From Candidatus Bathyarchaeia archaeon (lineage in GTDB: Archaea; Thermoproteota; Bathyarchaeia; Bathyarchaeales; Bathycorpusculaceae), in the NCBI GenBank assembly GCA_038727135.1, contig JAVYWL010000003.1, forward strand, positions 32,001-96,000: a stretch of DNA of 64,000 nucleotides, given 5' to 3'. Position 1 is the first letter of the stretch; every line of letters begins with the position of its first letter. Below are positions 1-10,309 of the stretch, piece after piece. A program made the position numbers and the translations under genes. The notes below the pieces were generated by a model. The model saw nothing but the letters and a program-made list of their open reading frames with translations. It was not told where the DNA came from and searched no databases.

Positions 1-27
1 CCTTTGACCAGGCTCGGCAACCCCTGC
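1..27 (-). tRNA. 5' part of a tRNA, probably tRNA-Leu (runs off the window start)
   Basis: Reverse complement GCAGGGGTTGCCGAGCCTGGTCAAAGG matches the acceptor stem and D-arm of archaeal tRNA-Leu; anticodon is outside the window. Confidence 0.75.
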
Positions 28-101
28 TCGCTACTAGAGGCTTTTTCATGAAAAGGTTTAAGAGTTGCGTTTTAATTAATGGTTTTCGGGAGGTTATCGG
101 A

Positions 102-263
102 ATGCCGACTCACGGTTCGCTTTCAAAGGCTGGTAAGGTGCGTTCTCAGACGCCTAAGATTCAGCCTTTGGATAAGAAGAGGCCTGTGCCTAGGTTTAGG
201 AATAGGCGGAATTATGAGAAGCGGGTTGTGCTTCAGCGGAAGCCTGGGCAGAACTGGGTTTAG
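102..263 (+). CDS. rps30e: 30S ribosomal protein S30e
   Basis: [19 protein letters not shown] signature; start taken at the internal ATG 102. Confidence 0.95.
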   Translation: MPTHGSLSKAGKVRSQTPKIQPLDKKRPVPRFRNRRNYEKRVVLQRKPGQNWV

Positions 264-303
264 TGGTTAAACCTTTTATTTGGTTTTGGCTTTAGTTTAG
301 GCT

Positions 304-1872
304 ATGTGTTGTGTGGATATTGCCATTTTGAATGCTAATGTTGTTACTTTGGATGCTGGGAAGCCTAGGGCTGAGGCCTTAGCCATTCGGGATGGAAGAA
401 TTGTGGCTGTTGGTTCCGGTGAGGAAGTTCGTAAGTACGCTGGCAGTGGGACAAAAGTTATAGACCTTGAGGGCAAGACTGTTGTTCCTGGTTTTGTTGA
501 CTGTCATGTGCATATGACTGGTTTTGGACAGCATTTGCAGACTTTGGACTTGCGGAATGTTAGTTCCATAGAGGAGATGAAGCTGAGAATCCGTGAATAT
601 GCGGATAAATATCCGGAAAAGAGATGGATTCTTGGCGGGAGATGGGACCATGAGCGTTTCAGCGAGAAGCGTTTTCCCACGCGTTGGGATTTGGATGAGG
701 CTGTTAGGGACAAGCCCGTCTTTCTTATAAGGGTTTGTGGACACATTGGCGTTGTGAACACTAAGGCTTTGGAGTTGGCTGGCATAAGAAAGGAGACGGT
801 TGTTAATGGTGGTGCGGTGGACTTGGACGCTGTTAGTGGCGAGCCAAATGGAGTTTTGAGGGAGAATGCCCTAAACCTTGTTTGGAGGGTTGTTCCAAAG
901 CCGAGCATGGCGGAGCTTGAAGAGGCTTGTATACAGGCTTGTCGAAGGGCCGTTGAGAATGGCTTGACTGGAGTTCACTGGATTGTTGATTCAGCTGATG
1001 AGATACGTGTTATTCAGAAGCTTTATAATGAGGGGAGGCTGCCGCTGCGGGTTTATTTGGGGATTCCAGTAAAGCTTCTTGACGAGGTTTTGAGGCTTGG
1101 TTTGGTTACAGGCTTTGGGAATGATATGATTCGTCTCGGTTTTGTTAAGCTGTTTGCTGATGGTTCTCTTGGGGCGCGGACAGCCGCACTGAAGGAGCCT
1201 TATGCTGACAAACCGGAAACAAGTGGCATGCTTATTTATTCTCAGCGTAGGCTTAACAGGCTTGTTTTGAAGGCGCATAGGGCTGGTTGGCAATTGGCCG
1301 TCCACGCCATAGGCGACAAAGCTATAGAATCCGTTTTGGAGGCGTTTTCTAAGGCTTTGAGGAGGTTTCCTCGGAAGGACCATAGGCATAGGATTGAGCA
1401 TTGCTCGGTGGTTAATCCGAGGCTTATTAGGCGGATGAAGAGGCTTGGTTTAATTGCTTCTGTTCAGCCTCATTTTGTTGTTTCTGATTTTTGGGTTGTG
1501 GATCGTGTTGGCGTTGAAAGAGCCCGTTGGGTTTACCCATTCAAGACGCTTTTGAGGACGGGTGTTGTTGTGGCTTCTGGCTCTGACTGTCCAGTTGAGC
1601 CTATAAGTCCGCTTCTTGGGGTTTGGGCTGCCGTCGCCAGAAAAAGCTTTTGCGAGGAGAGCCTAACTGTGGAGGAAGCCCTTAAAACTTACACTTTGAA
1701 TGCTGCTTATGCCTCTTTTGAAGAGGCGGAAAAGGGGACCATTAGTGTTGGGAAGTTTGCGGATTTAACTGTGCTTTCGGATGACCCGTTTAAGGTGGCG
1801 CCTGATGAAATTAGAAGCATAAGCGTTGAAATGACCATTGTTGGTGGCAAAATTGTCTATTCTCGTTGCTAG
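304..1872 (+). CDS. Amidohydrolase family 3 (YtcJ-like)
   Basis: PGFVDCHVH, DGSLGARTAAL, HAIGD, RIEHCS and GSDCP motifs. Confidence 0.9.
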   Translation: MCCVDIAILNANVVTLDAGKPRAEALAIRDGRIVAVGSGEEVRKYAGSGTKVIDLEGKTVVPGFVDCHVHMTGFGQHLQTLDLRNVSSIEEMKLRIREYADKYPEKRWILGGRWDHERFSEKRFPTRWDLDEAVRDKPVFLIRVCGHIGVVNTKALELAGIRKETVVNGGAVDLDAVSGEPNGVLRENALNLVWRVVPKPSMAELEEACIQACRRAVENGLTGVHWIVDSADEIRVIQKLYNEGRLPLRVYLGIPVKLLDEVLRLGLVTGFGNDMIRLGFVKLFADGSLGARTAALKEPYADKPETSGMLIYSQRRLNRLVLKAHRAGWQLAVHAIGDKAIESVLEAFSKALRRFPRKDHRHRIEHCSVVNPRLIRRMKRLGLIASVQPHFVVSDFWVVDRVGVERARWVYPFKTLLRTGVVVASGSDCPVEPISPLLGVWAAVARKSFCEESLTVEEALKTYTLNAAYASFEEAEKGTISVGKFADLTVLSDDPFKVAPDEIRSISVEMTIVGGKIVYSRC

Positions 1873-1936
1873 CTGTTTATGGTTTTAGTTTAGTTTATTT
1901 GCCTCTTTTTCACCCATTTTAAATGGTTGCAGTTGA

Positions 1937-3538
1937 ATGAGCAGTGGAAACGAAAGCGCCTTTCGGGAAATAGTTGAAAGTCTTATGCGGATTCCTTCGC
2001 CTAGCCCTGATGATGTTAACCGTGTTAAGGTTAGGGTTGCAGCTAAATACCGTCTCGGCAAGATTCCTTCAAATCCTGAAATAATTGCCTTTCTGCGGGG
2101 GGATGAGGAGAGGCGTAAGCTTTTGCCTGTTCTAAGACGAAAGGCGACTCGGACGATTTCTGGTGTGACTGTTGTGGCTGTTATGACTCAGCCTTATCCA
2201 TGTCCCCAACCAGAGCCTTGTGCCTACTGTCCGGGCGGTCCGCCTTTTGGTGTTCCTCAGAGCTATACTGGTTTTGAGCCCGCCGCCATGAGGGGTTTGC
2301 AGAGCGCCTTTGATCCTTATTTGCAGGTTAGGAGTCGCATTGAACAGTTGGAGGCTATTGGGCATGCGGTGGATAAGGTTGAGCTTATAATTATGGGTGG
2401 GACTTTTCCAGCTACGCCAGAAGACTATCAGACATGGTTTGTTAAGCGTTGTTTAGACGCCATAAGTGGTGTAGATGCGCAGAGCCTTGAGGAGGCTAAG
2501 CGGTTGGCTGAAACGAGTCGCATTAGGAATGTTGGGATTACTGTGGAGACCCGTCCGGACTGGGCTAAGGAGAGGCATGTGGACAGAATGTTGGACATGG
2601 GTGTCACACGCGTCGAGCTGGGAGTCCAAAATCCGGATGATGAGATTTATCGGCTTGTTGGTAGGAGGCACACGGTTAGGGATGTGGTTGAGGCTACCCG
2701 CATATTGAAGGATTCTGGGTTAAAGATTGTTTATCACATGATGCCCGGCTTGCCCGGCTCCAGCATGGAGAAAGACTTGACTGTTTTTCGTGAAATTTTC
2801 TCTAATCCAGATTATAAGCCGGACATGATTAAGATTTATCCATGTCTTGTTTTGAAAGGGACAAAAGCTTATGACTGGTTTGTGCGGGGCGATTATAAGC
2901 CCTACACAACTGAGGAGGCAGCCAACCTAATAGTGGAAGTTAAGAAGATGATTCCGCCTTGGGTTCGCATAATGAGGGTTCAACGCGACATACCAGCACC
3001 ATTAATAGTGGCTGGCGTTAAAATGAGCAACCTCCGCCAGCTTGTCCAACAAAAACTGAAGGAGCAAGGCTTACAATGCCGGTGCATAAGGTGCCGCGAG
3101 GTTGGACACCGCCTTTTAGCAGACGGCATAAAACCAAACCCGGAAAAAGTAGAGATTCTTACAACGCGTTATGAGGCGTCTGAAGGCGAAGAAATCTTTA
3201 TTTCAGCAGAAGACAAGGAAAACGACGTCTTGATAGGCTATTTGCGTTTGAGGATTCCCTCAGAAAGGGCGCACAGACCAGAAATAAGGGCGGAGCCATG
3301 CAGCATAATCCGCGAACTCCACGTCTACGGACCAGTAGTGCCAATAGGCAAAAAATTGCCAAAAGCATGGCAACACAAAGGCTATGGAAGCGTTTTGCTG
3401 GCTGAGGCGGAACGCATAACCCGCCAAGAATACGGTTTCAAGAAAATTCTGGTCATAAGCGCCTTAGGAACAAAACAATACTACAAAAGGTTCGGATACA
3501 AATACGAAGGACCATACATGTCAAAAATGCTGTATTAA
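1937..3538 (+). CDS. elp3: tRNA uridine(34) acetyltransferase Elp3 (radical SAM + GNAT)
   Basis: CPQPEPCAYCPGG, ETRPD, CRCIRCRE, RELHVYG, WQHKGYG. Confidence 0.95.
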   Translation: MSSGNESAFREIVESLMRIPSPSPDDVNRVKVRVAAKYRLGKIPSNPEIIAFLRGDEERRKLLPVLRRKATRTISGVTVVAVMTQPYPCPQPEPCAYCPGGPPFGVPQSYTGFEPAAMRGLQSAFDPYLQVRSRIEQLEAIGHAVDKVELIIMGGTFPATPEDYQTWFVKRCLDAISGVDAQSLEEAKRLAETSRIRNVGITVETRPDWAKERHVDRMLDMGVTRVELGVQNPDDEIYRLVGRRHTVRDVVEATRILKDSGLKIVYHMMPGLPGSSMEKDLTVFREIFSNPDYKPDMIKIYPCLVLKGTKAYDWFVRGDYKPYTTEEAANLIVEVKKMIPPWVRIMRVQRDIPAPLIVAGVKMSNLRQLVQQKLKEQGLQCRCIRCREVGHRLLADGIKPNPEKVEILTTRYEASEGEEIFISAEDKENDVLIGYLRLRIPSERAHRPEIRAEPCSIIRELHVYGPVVPIGKKLPKAWQHKGYGSVLLAEAERITRQEYGFKKILVISALGTKQYYKRFGYKYEGPYMSKMLY

Positions 3539-3595
3539 TTATTTTCCTAGCTCCGACGTTTAGATCGCACTTTCCTGCAAGTGTTTGAACATCCT

Positions 3596-3988
3596 TTACA
3601 AATTTATTCCACGATAATCTCGTGGTCGTCCACGCCTCAGTTCTTTTATGCTTAACCATATTTTCCAAGCCAGAAGAAAATAACCTAATCCAGCACGGCC
3701 AAAAATGTTTTCAATGATTTGTTTTAACACTTGAAAGATTTTATCGAGTGGAATTAATGGCGCAGGTGTTGAAATTCCGTAAGCTACTCCGGAATAAAAG
3801 TCTAGATTCACCGTGCAAGTGACAAACATTTCCATACTCCCGTCTTTATAATAGATTTTCTTCACGTTTCCTACAATCTCAATTTTTTCGATTTCCTTTG
3901 AATCATTATTAGCTAAAACAGGGGATATTTGACACAAGAGAAGCGTACAGACTATGACTATTATCAGGGTTGTTTTCTTCATTTTCAC
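3596..3988 (-). CDS. Hypothetical exported/membrane protein
   Basis: Signal-peptide-like N-terminus (MKKTTLIIVIVCTLLL), hydrophobic C-terminal helix; AT-rich. Confidence 0.55.
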   Translation of the reverse strand: MKMKKTTLIIVIVCTLLLCQISPVLANNDSKEIEKIEIVGNVKKIYYKDGSMEMFVTCTVNLDFYSGVAYGISTPAPLIPLDKIFQVLKQIIENIFGRAGLGYFLLAWKIWLSIKELRRGRPRDYRGINL

Positions 3989-4102
3989 CGATCTTTAAAC
4001 CGTGTATTGCAAGCATTTAAGTTCATGGACGGTTACAAAATTTTCATTTCCGTATAAAAAAGCATATTAGCTTTCTTAAGCTTCAGATGTTGGAGAAGAG
4101 AA

Positions 4103-5452
4103 ATGAATGAAGCAGAAAAATTTTCTGGTTATAGAGGTGAGGTGTTAGAAGCTATTAGACGGGCTGGTGCTGAGGTTGGCGATTTTGTTCGCATTGTTAA
4201 GGCTGGTCAAGTGTATGAGGGTATTCTTATTCCGCGTTCTGAGTATGGCGATGACCGGCATATTGTGATTAAGTTGCGGAGTGGCTACAACATTGGTGTT
4301 CGCCTAACCCCAGACGCCAAAGTTGAGAAGGTTGGAAGGGGCGAGAAGCCGGCTTTTGTTGCTCCGCCCTTGCCAGAGCAGAATCCAGCCTTGCCAAAAG
4401 TCTCTATTATTAGTACTGGCGGCACCATTGCCAGTCGTGTGGATTATCGTACTGGTGCTGTCCGTCCCGCTTTGTCTGCCAGCGACCTATACAGTGTCGT
4501 GCCAGAATTAGCCGACATAGCCCGCATAGACGCGCAGATACTCTTTAGTCTTTACAGCGAAAACATTACGCCAGCCCACTGGGCGGAGATGGCTAAAACA
4601 GTTGCGGAAAAAATCGCTGAAGGCGTGAACGGCGTTGTCATAGCCCATGGAACAGACACTATGGGCTATTCGGCTGCAGCCCTAAGCTTCGCATTGCAAA
4701 ACCTTCCAGTCCCAGTGATTTTTGTTGGTTCTCAGCGTTCAGCAGACCGCCCCAGCTCAGACGCAGCCACAAACCTGACTGGTGCGGTTTTAGCCGCTGC
4801 CAAGGCGCCCTTCGCAGAAGTAGCCGTAGCCATGCACGAGACAATTTCTGACACAGTCATAGTGCTTCACCGCGGCACTAAGGTGCGCAAGTGTCACACA
4901 AGTCGCCGTGACGCCTTCAAATCAGTAAATGCTCAGCCGTTAGCAAAGGTTGAGGAAAACCGTGTTGTTATGCTCACGGAAGATTATCGGAGGCGGGACC
5001 CATCGCGGAAGCCCGTTGTAAAGCCGAACTTCAGCGACAAAGTAGCCCTAATCAAGTTTTATCCCGGCATGGACCCAGCCATAATAGACTGGCATGTAGA
5101 TAAGGGCTACAAGGCAATAGTCCTTGAAGGCACTGGCTTGGGGCACGTTTCAAACCGCCTCTTCCAACCAATAAAGCGGGCTGTTAATAAGGGCGTACTG
5201 GTGGCTATGGCTTCCCAGTGCATCTGGGGACGAGTAAACATGAACGTCTATGATACTGGCAGAGACTTGCTGGCTCTTGGCGTAATACCGCTGGAGGACA
5301 TGCTGGCGGAAACAGCCACCGTCAAACTCATGTGGATATTCGGACAGACCGACGACCCAGAAGAGGCAAAAAAGCTCCTAAAAACAAACATCGCCGGAGA
5401 ATTCTCCCAACGAACACTCCACGAAGAAATGCGGGAGGAAACCAGACAGTGA
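4103..5452 (+). CDS. gatD: Glu-tRNA(Gln) amidotransferase subunit D
   Basis: TGGTIASR, HGTDT, GSQRSADRPSSD; overlaps gatE start. Confidence 0.96.
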   Translation: MNEAEKFSGYRGEVLEAIRRAGAEVGDFVRIVKAGQVYEGILIPRSEYGDDRHIVIKLRSGYNIGVRLTPDAKVEKVGRGEKPAFVAPPLPEQNPALPKVSIISTGGTIASRVDYRTGAVRPALSASDLYSVVPELADIARIDAQILFSLYSENITPAHWAEMAKTVAEKIAEGVNGVVIAHGTDTMGYSAAALSFALQNLPVPVIFVGSQRSADRPSSDAATNLTGAVLAAAKAPFAEVAVAMHETISDTVIVLHRGTKVRKCHTSRRDAFKSVNAQPLAKVEENRVVMLTEDYRRRDPSRKPVVKPNFSDKVALIKFYPGMDPAIIDWHVDKGYKAIVLEGTGLGHVSNRLFQPIKRAVNKGVLVAMASQCIWGRVNMNVYDTGRDLLALGVIPLEDMLAETATVKLMWIFGQTDDPEEAKKLLKTNIAGEFSQRTLHEEMREETRQ

Positions 5453-7353
5453 CAGACGAAATAGACTATGGGCGAATAGGCTTAAAAGTGGGCTTGGAAG
5501 TCCACCAGCAACTAGAAACGCAGACGAAGCTTTTCTGCAGCTGCAAACCAGAACTCTTCAAAGAAGAACCAGAAATCACCTTCCTAAGGCGCTTGAGACC
5601 AACCCAAAGCGAACTCGGACAAATAGACCCAGCCGCCTACTTCGAATTCCAAAAAGGAGTAAAAATCCTATACGAGGCTGACAGGCACACTGCCTGCCTA
5701 GTAGAAATGGATGAGGAGCCACCCCACCCGCTGAACATGGAGGCTGTTGAAATAGCCCTAACAGTGGCTTTAATGATGAACGCCACGCCAGTAGACGAAA
5801 TCCACGTCATGCGCAAGACAGTCATAGACGGCTCCAACACGACGGGTTTCCAACGCACATGTATCATAGCCCTAAACGGCTCAATAAAAGTTGGCCAAAA
5901 AACAGTCCCAATACAGCACATAAGCCTAGAGGAGGACGCAGCCAGAAAAACAGGCGAGGAAGGCACAACCATGCGCTACCGCATAGACCGACTGGGCATA
6001 CCACTGATCGAAATCGCCACAGCGCCGGTCATAAACACGCCAAAGGAGGCTGGCGAAGTAGCCCTAGCCATAGGCAAGATTCTCCGAGCCACCCAACGAG
6101 TAAAACGTGGATTGGGCACAATACGCCAAGACCTAAACATATCAATAAACGGCGGAGCCCTAACAGAAATAAAGGGCGTCCAAGAACTCGAACTGATCCC
6201 GCTGGTTGTCGAATACGAGGTGCAAAGGCAACTAAACCTGATGAAAATAAGCGAAGAACTTAGAAAAGCGGGAGCCAGCCCGGAAGCCCTAAAAGAAGAA
6301 TTTTTCAATGTAACGGAGGTTTTCCGCCAAACAGCCTGCAAGGTAATCCGAAAAGCCCTAGAAAAGGGACATGTAGTTTTAGCCGTAAAACTGCCAAGGT
6401 TTGGAGGTTTCCTAAAGCGCGAGCTTATGCCCGGCATACGCCTAGGCACAGAAATGGCTGACCGCGCAAGGTTCTGGGGACGAGTCGGCGGAATATTCCA
6501 CACCGACGAGCTCCCAGCTTACGGCATAACAAATCAAGAAGTTGAAGCCTTGAAAAAGGCGGTGGACGCCCAAGAACAAGACGCAGTGGTATTTGTAGCT
6601 GACACGCTGGAAAATGCTGAAGACGCTTTAAGGGCTGTTTTGGAAAGAGCAAAAGAAGCCATAAAAGGCGTGCCAGAAGAAACCAGAGCCGCAAACCCGG
6701 ATGGAACAACCCGTTACATGCGCCCAAGACCAGGGGCCGCCCGCATGTACCCAGAAACTGACATTCCACCCATACAAGTGACGGAAGAACTCATAAACTG
6801 CATCCGCCAGCGCCTACCAGAACTCCCAGAGCAAAGGCTTGAGAGGCTTATGCGTGAATACGTACTAAACCAGAAGCTAGCCAAACAGCTCATGGATTCA
6901 GAATACACAGAACTCTTCGAAACCATAGCCAAAGAAAGCAAAGTCTCACCAACAACAGTGGCTGTCTTCCTAACAGAGACTATGAAAGCCCTAAAACGCG
7001 ACGGCCTACCAGTCGAAAAAGTTTCAGAAGCAAAAATAAGAGAAGTCTTCAAAGCCCTTGGAGCCGGGGAAATCACGAAAGAGGCTCTTCCAGACATAGT
7101 TGCTTGGCTTTCAAAAAATGAGGAGAAAACTGTGAAGGAAGCTATTGAAAGCCTAGGATTAAAGACTATGCCGAAAGAAGAGCTGGAAAAAATAATAGAC
7201 GACACCATAGCAAAAAACAAGGATTTAATCGAAAAGAGCGGGGCAAAAGCCTTCGGCATAATCATGGGGATTGTCATGAAAGAAGTTAGGGGTAAAGCCA
7301 ACGCCGAAATCGTCAGCGAGCTAATCAAGCAGAAGTTGGCAAGAAGGGCTTAG
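5449..7353 (+). CDS. gatE: Glu-tRNA(Gln) amidotransferase subunit E
   Basis: GLKVGLEVHQQL, IDGSNTTGFQRT, RMYPETD; GTG start overlaps the gatD stop (GTGA). Confidence 0.96.
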   Translation: MTDEIDYGRIGLKVGLEVHQQLETQTKLFCSCKPELFKEEPEITFLRRLRPTQSELGQIDPAAYFEFQKGVKILYEADRHTACLVEMDEEPPHPLNMEAVEIALTVALMMNATPVDEIHVMRKTVIDGSNTTGFQRTCIIALNGSIKVGQKTVPIQHISLEEDAARKTGEEGTTMRYRIDRLGIPLIEIATAPVINTPKEAGEVALAIGKILRATQRVKRGLGTIRQDLNISINGGALTEIKGVQELELIPLVVEYEVQRQLNLMKISEELRKAGASPEALKEEFFNVTEVFRQTACKVIRKALEKGHVVLAVKLPRFGGFLKRELMPGIRLGTEMADRARFWGRVGGIFHTDELPAYGITNQEVEALKKAVDAQEQDAVVFVADTLENAEDALRAVLERAKEAIKGVPEETRAANPDGTTRYMRPRPGAARMYPETDIPPIQVTEELINCIRQRLPELPEQRLERLMREYVLNQKLAKQLMDSEYTELFETIAKESKVSPTTVAVFLTETMKALKRDGLPVEKVSEAKIREVFKALGAGEITKEALPDIVAWLSKNEEKTVKEAIESLGLKTMPKEELEKIIDDTIAKNKDLIEKSGAKAFGIIMGIVMKEVRGKANAEIVSELIKQKLARRA

Positions 7354-7356
7354 GCT

Positions 7357-8016
7357 TTATCTGTACTTTTCCAGTGGAATTACTTTCTCTTGCACAGGCT
7401 TTAGGGTTTCACCACAGTACGGGCAGATTTTAAACTCTGGAAGTATGGGTTTGCCACATGCGAAACAAACCTTCGGATAATGAAGTTTCTCCTCAAAGCT
7501 CTTAATCTCCCTTTTCAGGTGGCTTAACTCAGCCTTAATTTTTTCCAAGCCCTCCTTTAGGGGCTGAATTTCCTTAACTTCGGCGCGAATGTTGTAGATT
7601 ACATCCTTAACGTGGGATAAGATTTCGTTATTCATTTCAACGGTCTCGTTCATGGCGTCTAACAACTCGCTTTTCTGTTCTAAAAGTTGGGATTCAACCG
7701 TGCTCTGTTTTTTTGCGTCAGAGAGCACCTTGTTTAGGAAGGCTTCAACGGGGTTTTGGAAGGCTATGGCGCATGTTATGCCCCACAATATGAAGGTGGC
7801 TGTGGCGCTTATGAGGAAGTATATGGGCGGCGTTATAACCTCAAGCTTTTCTTTGGCTACCGGATAGAGCTGTAGGAGAACTATGGGTTTGTTGAAGAAT
7901 AGGGCGTTTGCGGCGTCGATTAGGTGGGCTGCTGCTATAGCTGTTAGTGTGCTGAAAATCCAGACGCCCATTCCCTTTTTTGTCAAGGCGTTTGCCTCTT
8001 CATTTGAATAGTGCAT
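7357..8016 (-). CDS. Membrane protein with coiled coil and C-terminal zinc ribbon
   Basis: Two TM helices, heptad-rich middle, CFACG...CPYCG. Confidence 0.75.
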   Translation of the reverse strand: MHYSNEEANALTKKGMGVWIFSTLTAIAAAHLIDAANALFFNKPIVLLQLYPVAKEKLEVITPPIYFLISATATFILWGITCAIAFQNPVEAFLNKVLSDAKKQSTVESQLLEQKSELLDAMNETVEMNNEILSHVKDVIYNIRAEVKEIQPLKEGLEKIKAELSHLKREIKSFEEKLHYPKVCFACGKPILPEFKICPYCGETLKPVQEKVIPLEKYR

Positions 8017-8101
8017 CTTAATATTTAATATGATATTTCCGCCTCCGAAATATATCAAAACACGTAAATTCTAAAAGGAGAACACCACCAATCATATAGG
8101 T

Positions 8102-8617
8102 GTGATAGGTTTGAGTGGGAAGGCGGCGGCGAAACCACCGGAGGGAGAATTTTCATTCCGCGTTAAGGTCGGCGACTACGAGGTTGAAGTGAAGGGTTTA
8201 AAGGACGACGTATTGGAGACTATTCGCGAATTGCCAAACCTCATGCCGGAAGTCAGCAGAGCCTTCGAAAACCTAAAGCCAAAAAACGCAGCCACAGTCA
8301 TTGTTAAGACTCCTGTTTCAACGGTTAAGGAGGAACCCCCAATGGAGAAGTACCCAAAAATTCCAAAGGTGGAGAACTGTAGCGAAGCCATTCTAAAAAT
8401 TCTTGAAAGCGACTGGGGTAAGTGGCGTCCAAGAACTCTAGCAGAGCTTAAGGCTGCTTTGACAGCCAACAACCTACATTTTCCGGGGCGAACTTTGGCT
8501 GGGGACCTTTTGGGTCTTGTGCAGAAGGGCGTTGTTAGGCGTTGGAAAACTGATAAGGGTTATGTTTACATCCTAGCCGAAAGGGAGGTTTTAGCCCAAA
8601 AGGAGGAAACAGCGTGA
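8102..8617 (+). CDS. Hypothetical protein: N-terminal beta-hairpin/helix plus C-terminal winged helix (paralog 1)
   Basis: FRVKVGDYEVEVKG; PRTLAEL...LLGLVQKGVVRR wHTH-like; start/stop-overlapped with the next genes. Confidence 0.7.
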   Translation: MIGLSGKAAAKPPEGEFSFRVKVGDYEVEVKGLKDDVLETIRELPNLMPEVSRAFENLKPKNAATVIVKTPVSTVKEEPPMEKYPKIPKVENCSEAILKILESDWGKWRPRTLAELKAALTANNLHFPGRTLAGDLLGLVQKGVVRRWKTDKGYVYILAEREVLAQKEETA

Positions 8618-9087
8618 AAAGAGTTGAAGTTCACATTAAGACATCTTTCGGCGAGATAGTTGTTGAGGGAGAAAACCCCCAAGAAGTTTTAAGCCTACTG
8701 GAGGCTTTTCCAAAGGATTTTGTGGAAAACATTTCAAACATGGTTTCCAGCAAACTTGTCCCATCAGCGGCGGTCCAACTGAGAGGCATAATAGAGTTTA
8801 CCACTGAAGGTCCTGTGCTTGTCGCGCGTGAGAGGCTTACCCATTATGAGGCTATCGGGCTTATACTATACGCCTCTGAAAGTAGGCAAAACACGGCCAC
8901 ACAAATCCAGAAGCTTCTAGAGTCCAGCGGAATAAAATGCATGGTTCCAGCCCGCCTCAATGAGATGGTTAAGCGTGGTCAAGTGTTTAAGCCAGACCCG
9001 AAGAGGCCGGAGTTTAAGTTGACTGTTCAAGGCGAGAGATGGATTGAGGATGAGGTTTTAGCCAAGCTTAGAGGGAAGATGGCTTGA
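8614..9087 (+). CDS. Hypothetical winged-helix protein (paralog 2)
   Basis: VHIKTSFGEIVVEG; ARLNEMVKRG...FKLTVQGE wing. Confidence 0.7.
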   Translation: MKRVEVHIKTSFGEIVVEGENPQEVLSLLEAFPKDFVENISNMVSSKLVPSAAVQLRGIIEFTTEGPVLVARERLTHYEAIGLILYASESRQNTATQIQKLLESSGIKCMVPARLNEMVKRGQVFKPDPKRPEFKLTVQGERWIEDEVLAKLRGKMA

Positions 9088-9596
9088 TAAGCCACCAGAA
9101 GCAGATAGCGGTTCATGTGAAGTATGGTGATGCTGAATACACTTTCTCTGGCAGTGTTGAAGAGGTTTGGGCTGCCCTAAACAAGTTTTTCAGCGAGTTT
9201 ATCCCAGCCTTCCAAATAGCGAAGGCTCTGGTTTTGAGTGTTGACTTGCAAAGGCTTGCTGAAGACTGTAAGGGTTTGATTGGCTTTGCCGATAACCTGC
9301 CGCACTTGTTGGTTTCTAAGGAAAAGTTGACAGACAATGAGACTTTGGCACTGCACCTCTTAGCCGCCCATCTGGGGTTTAGGCTTGGCATGCTGAAAAC
9401 GGATGTTCTAACAAGGGAGGAACTTCAAGCCAAGCTGGGCAAGAATCCGAAGATAACCAGCACACGCCTCGGCGAGCTTGTTAAGGCTGAAATAGCCGAG
9501 AAAACAGGTGAGGGCAGCTATCGCATAACAAGCTTTGGTATTGTGCAGATGCAGAGGGAATGGCTCCCAAGAATTAAGGCTAAGTTAGGCTTGTAG
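9084..9596 (+). CDS. Hypothetical winged-helix protein (paralog 3)
   Basis: VHVKYGDAEYTFSGSVEEV; TRLGELVK...YRITSFG wing. Confidence 0.7.
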   Translation: MISHQKQIAVHVKYGDAEYTFSGSVEEVWAALNKFFSEFIPAFQIAKALVLSVDLQRLAEDCKGLIGFADNLPHLLVSKEKLTDNETLALHLLAAHLGFRLGMLKTDVLTREELQAKLGKNPKITSTRLGELVKAEIAEKTGEGSYRITSFGIVQMQREWLPRIKAKLGL

Positions 9597-10205
9597 GAGT
9601 TTTTCTTCATCCTTAACTATTTCGTCTGAGCATAGGTATGCGACTAGTTTTTGGCTTATAACTGGTGTTCCATTCTTCAGCGGGTAAGCGTATGGCAGAT
9701 AAACCTCAGCATACTCGTTCAGCCTCAAAGTTAAGCCCTTTTTAACGGGTATTTTTTCCAGTGGTTTTCCTTCGCTTGCAAGCTTTGCCACATAAACGGC
9801 TCCGTCAATGGAGAATTGGGCTTTTCCGATGTTTCGAACAGTGGCTTTTGGAAAATGCTTTGTTAAGAGTTTGCCTGTTCTACCTTTCGGCGGGTAGTCG
9901 CCCAAAATTCCGCCGATGATAATGGTCGTTTTTCCAATAAAGTCTTCTGGTTTTAGTGGAAGTTTGGCTTTTGGGTCTAGAATTATGACTTCTTCTGGAT
10001 TGAAGATTTCTGCGGCGCTTTTCTCTTCAACGGTACCGAGCCTTGAAAGTTTTGCTTTGTCGCTTTCTTTTTTGACATTGGTGAAGATTAAGCGATTTTT
10101 TCCAACGATTTCAGAAGCATGCATATACTCATAGAGGAGCCACTTGCCAATTTCTTGTTCCAAGTGTTCAATCACGAAGATTGGCTTAATGGTGCATTTT
10201 TGCAT
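9585..10205 (-). CDS. SPOUT methyltransferase, Sfm1/DUF431-like
   Basis: IEHLE...WLLYEY, ILDP, GGILGDYPP. Confidence 0.85.
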   Translation of the reverse strand: MQKCTIKPIFVIEHLEQEIGKWLLYEYMHASEIVGKNRLIFTNVKKESDKAKLSRLGTVEEKSAAEIFNPEEVIILDPKAKLPLKPEDFIGKTTIIIGGILGDYPPKGRTGKLLTKHFPKATVRNIGKAQFSIDGAVYVAKLASEGKPLEKIPVKKGLTLRLNEYAEVYLPYAYPLKNGTPVISQKLVAYLCSDEIVKDEEKLLQA

Positions 10206-10309
10206 GGCAAGTCACATTTGGCTCTTGTTGTATTTATGGCGGTTTTTGGTTTTCAAGCGTTTCCTTTTTATGTACCAGCATGCACTATGGTGAATGTCGA
10301 GGGTGAGTC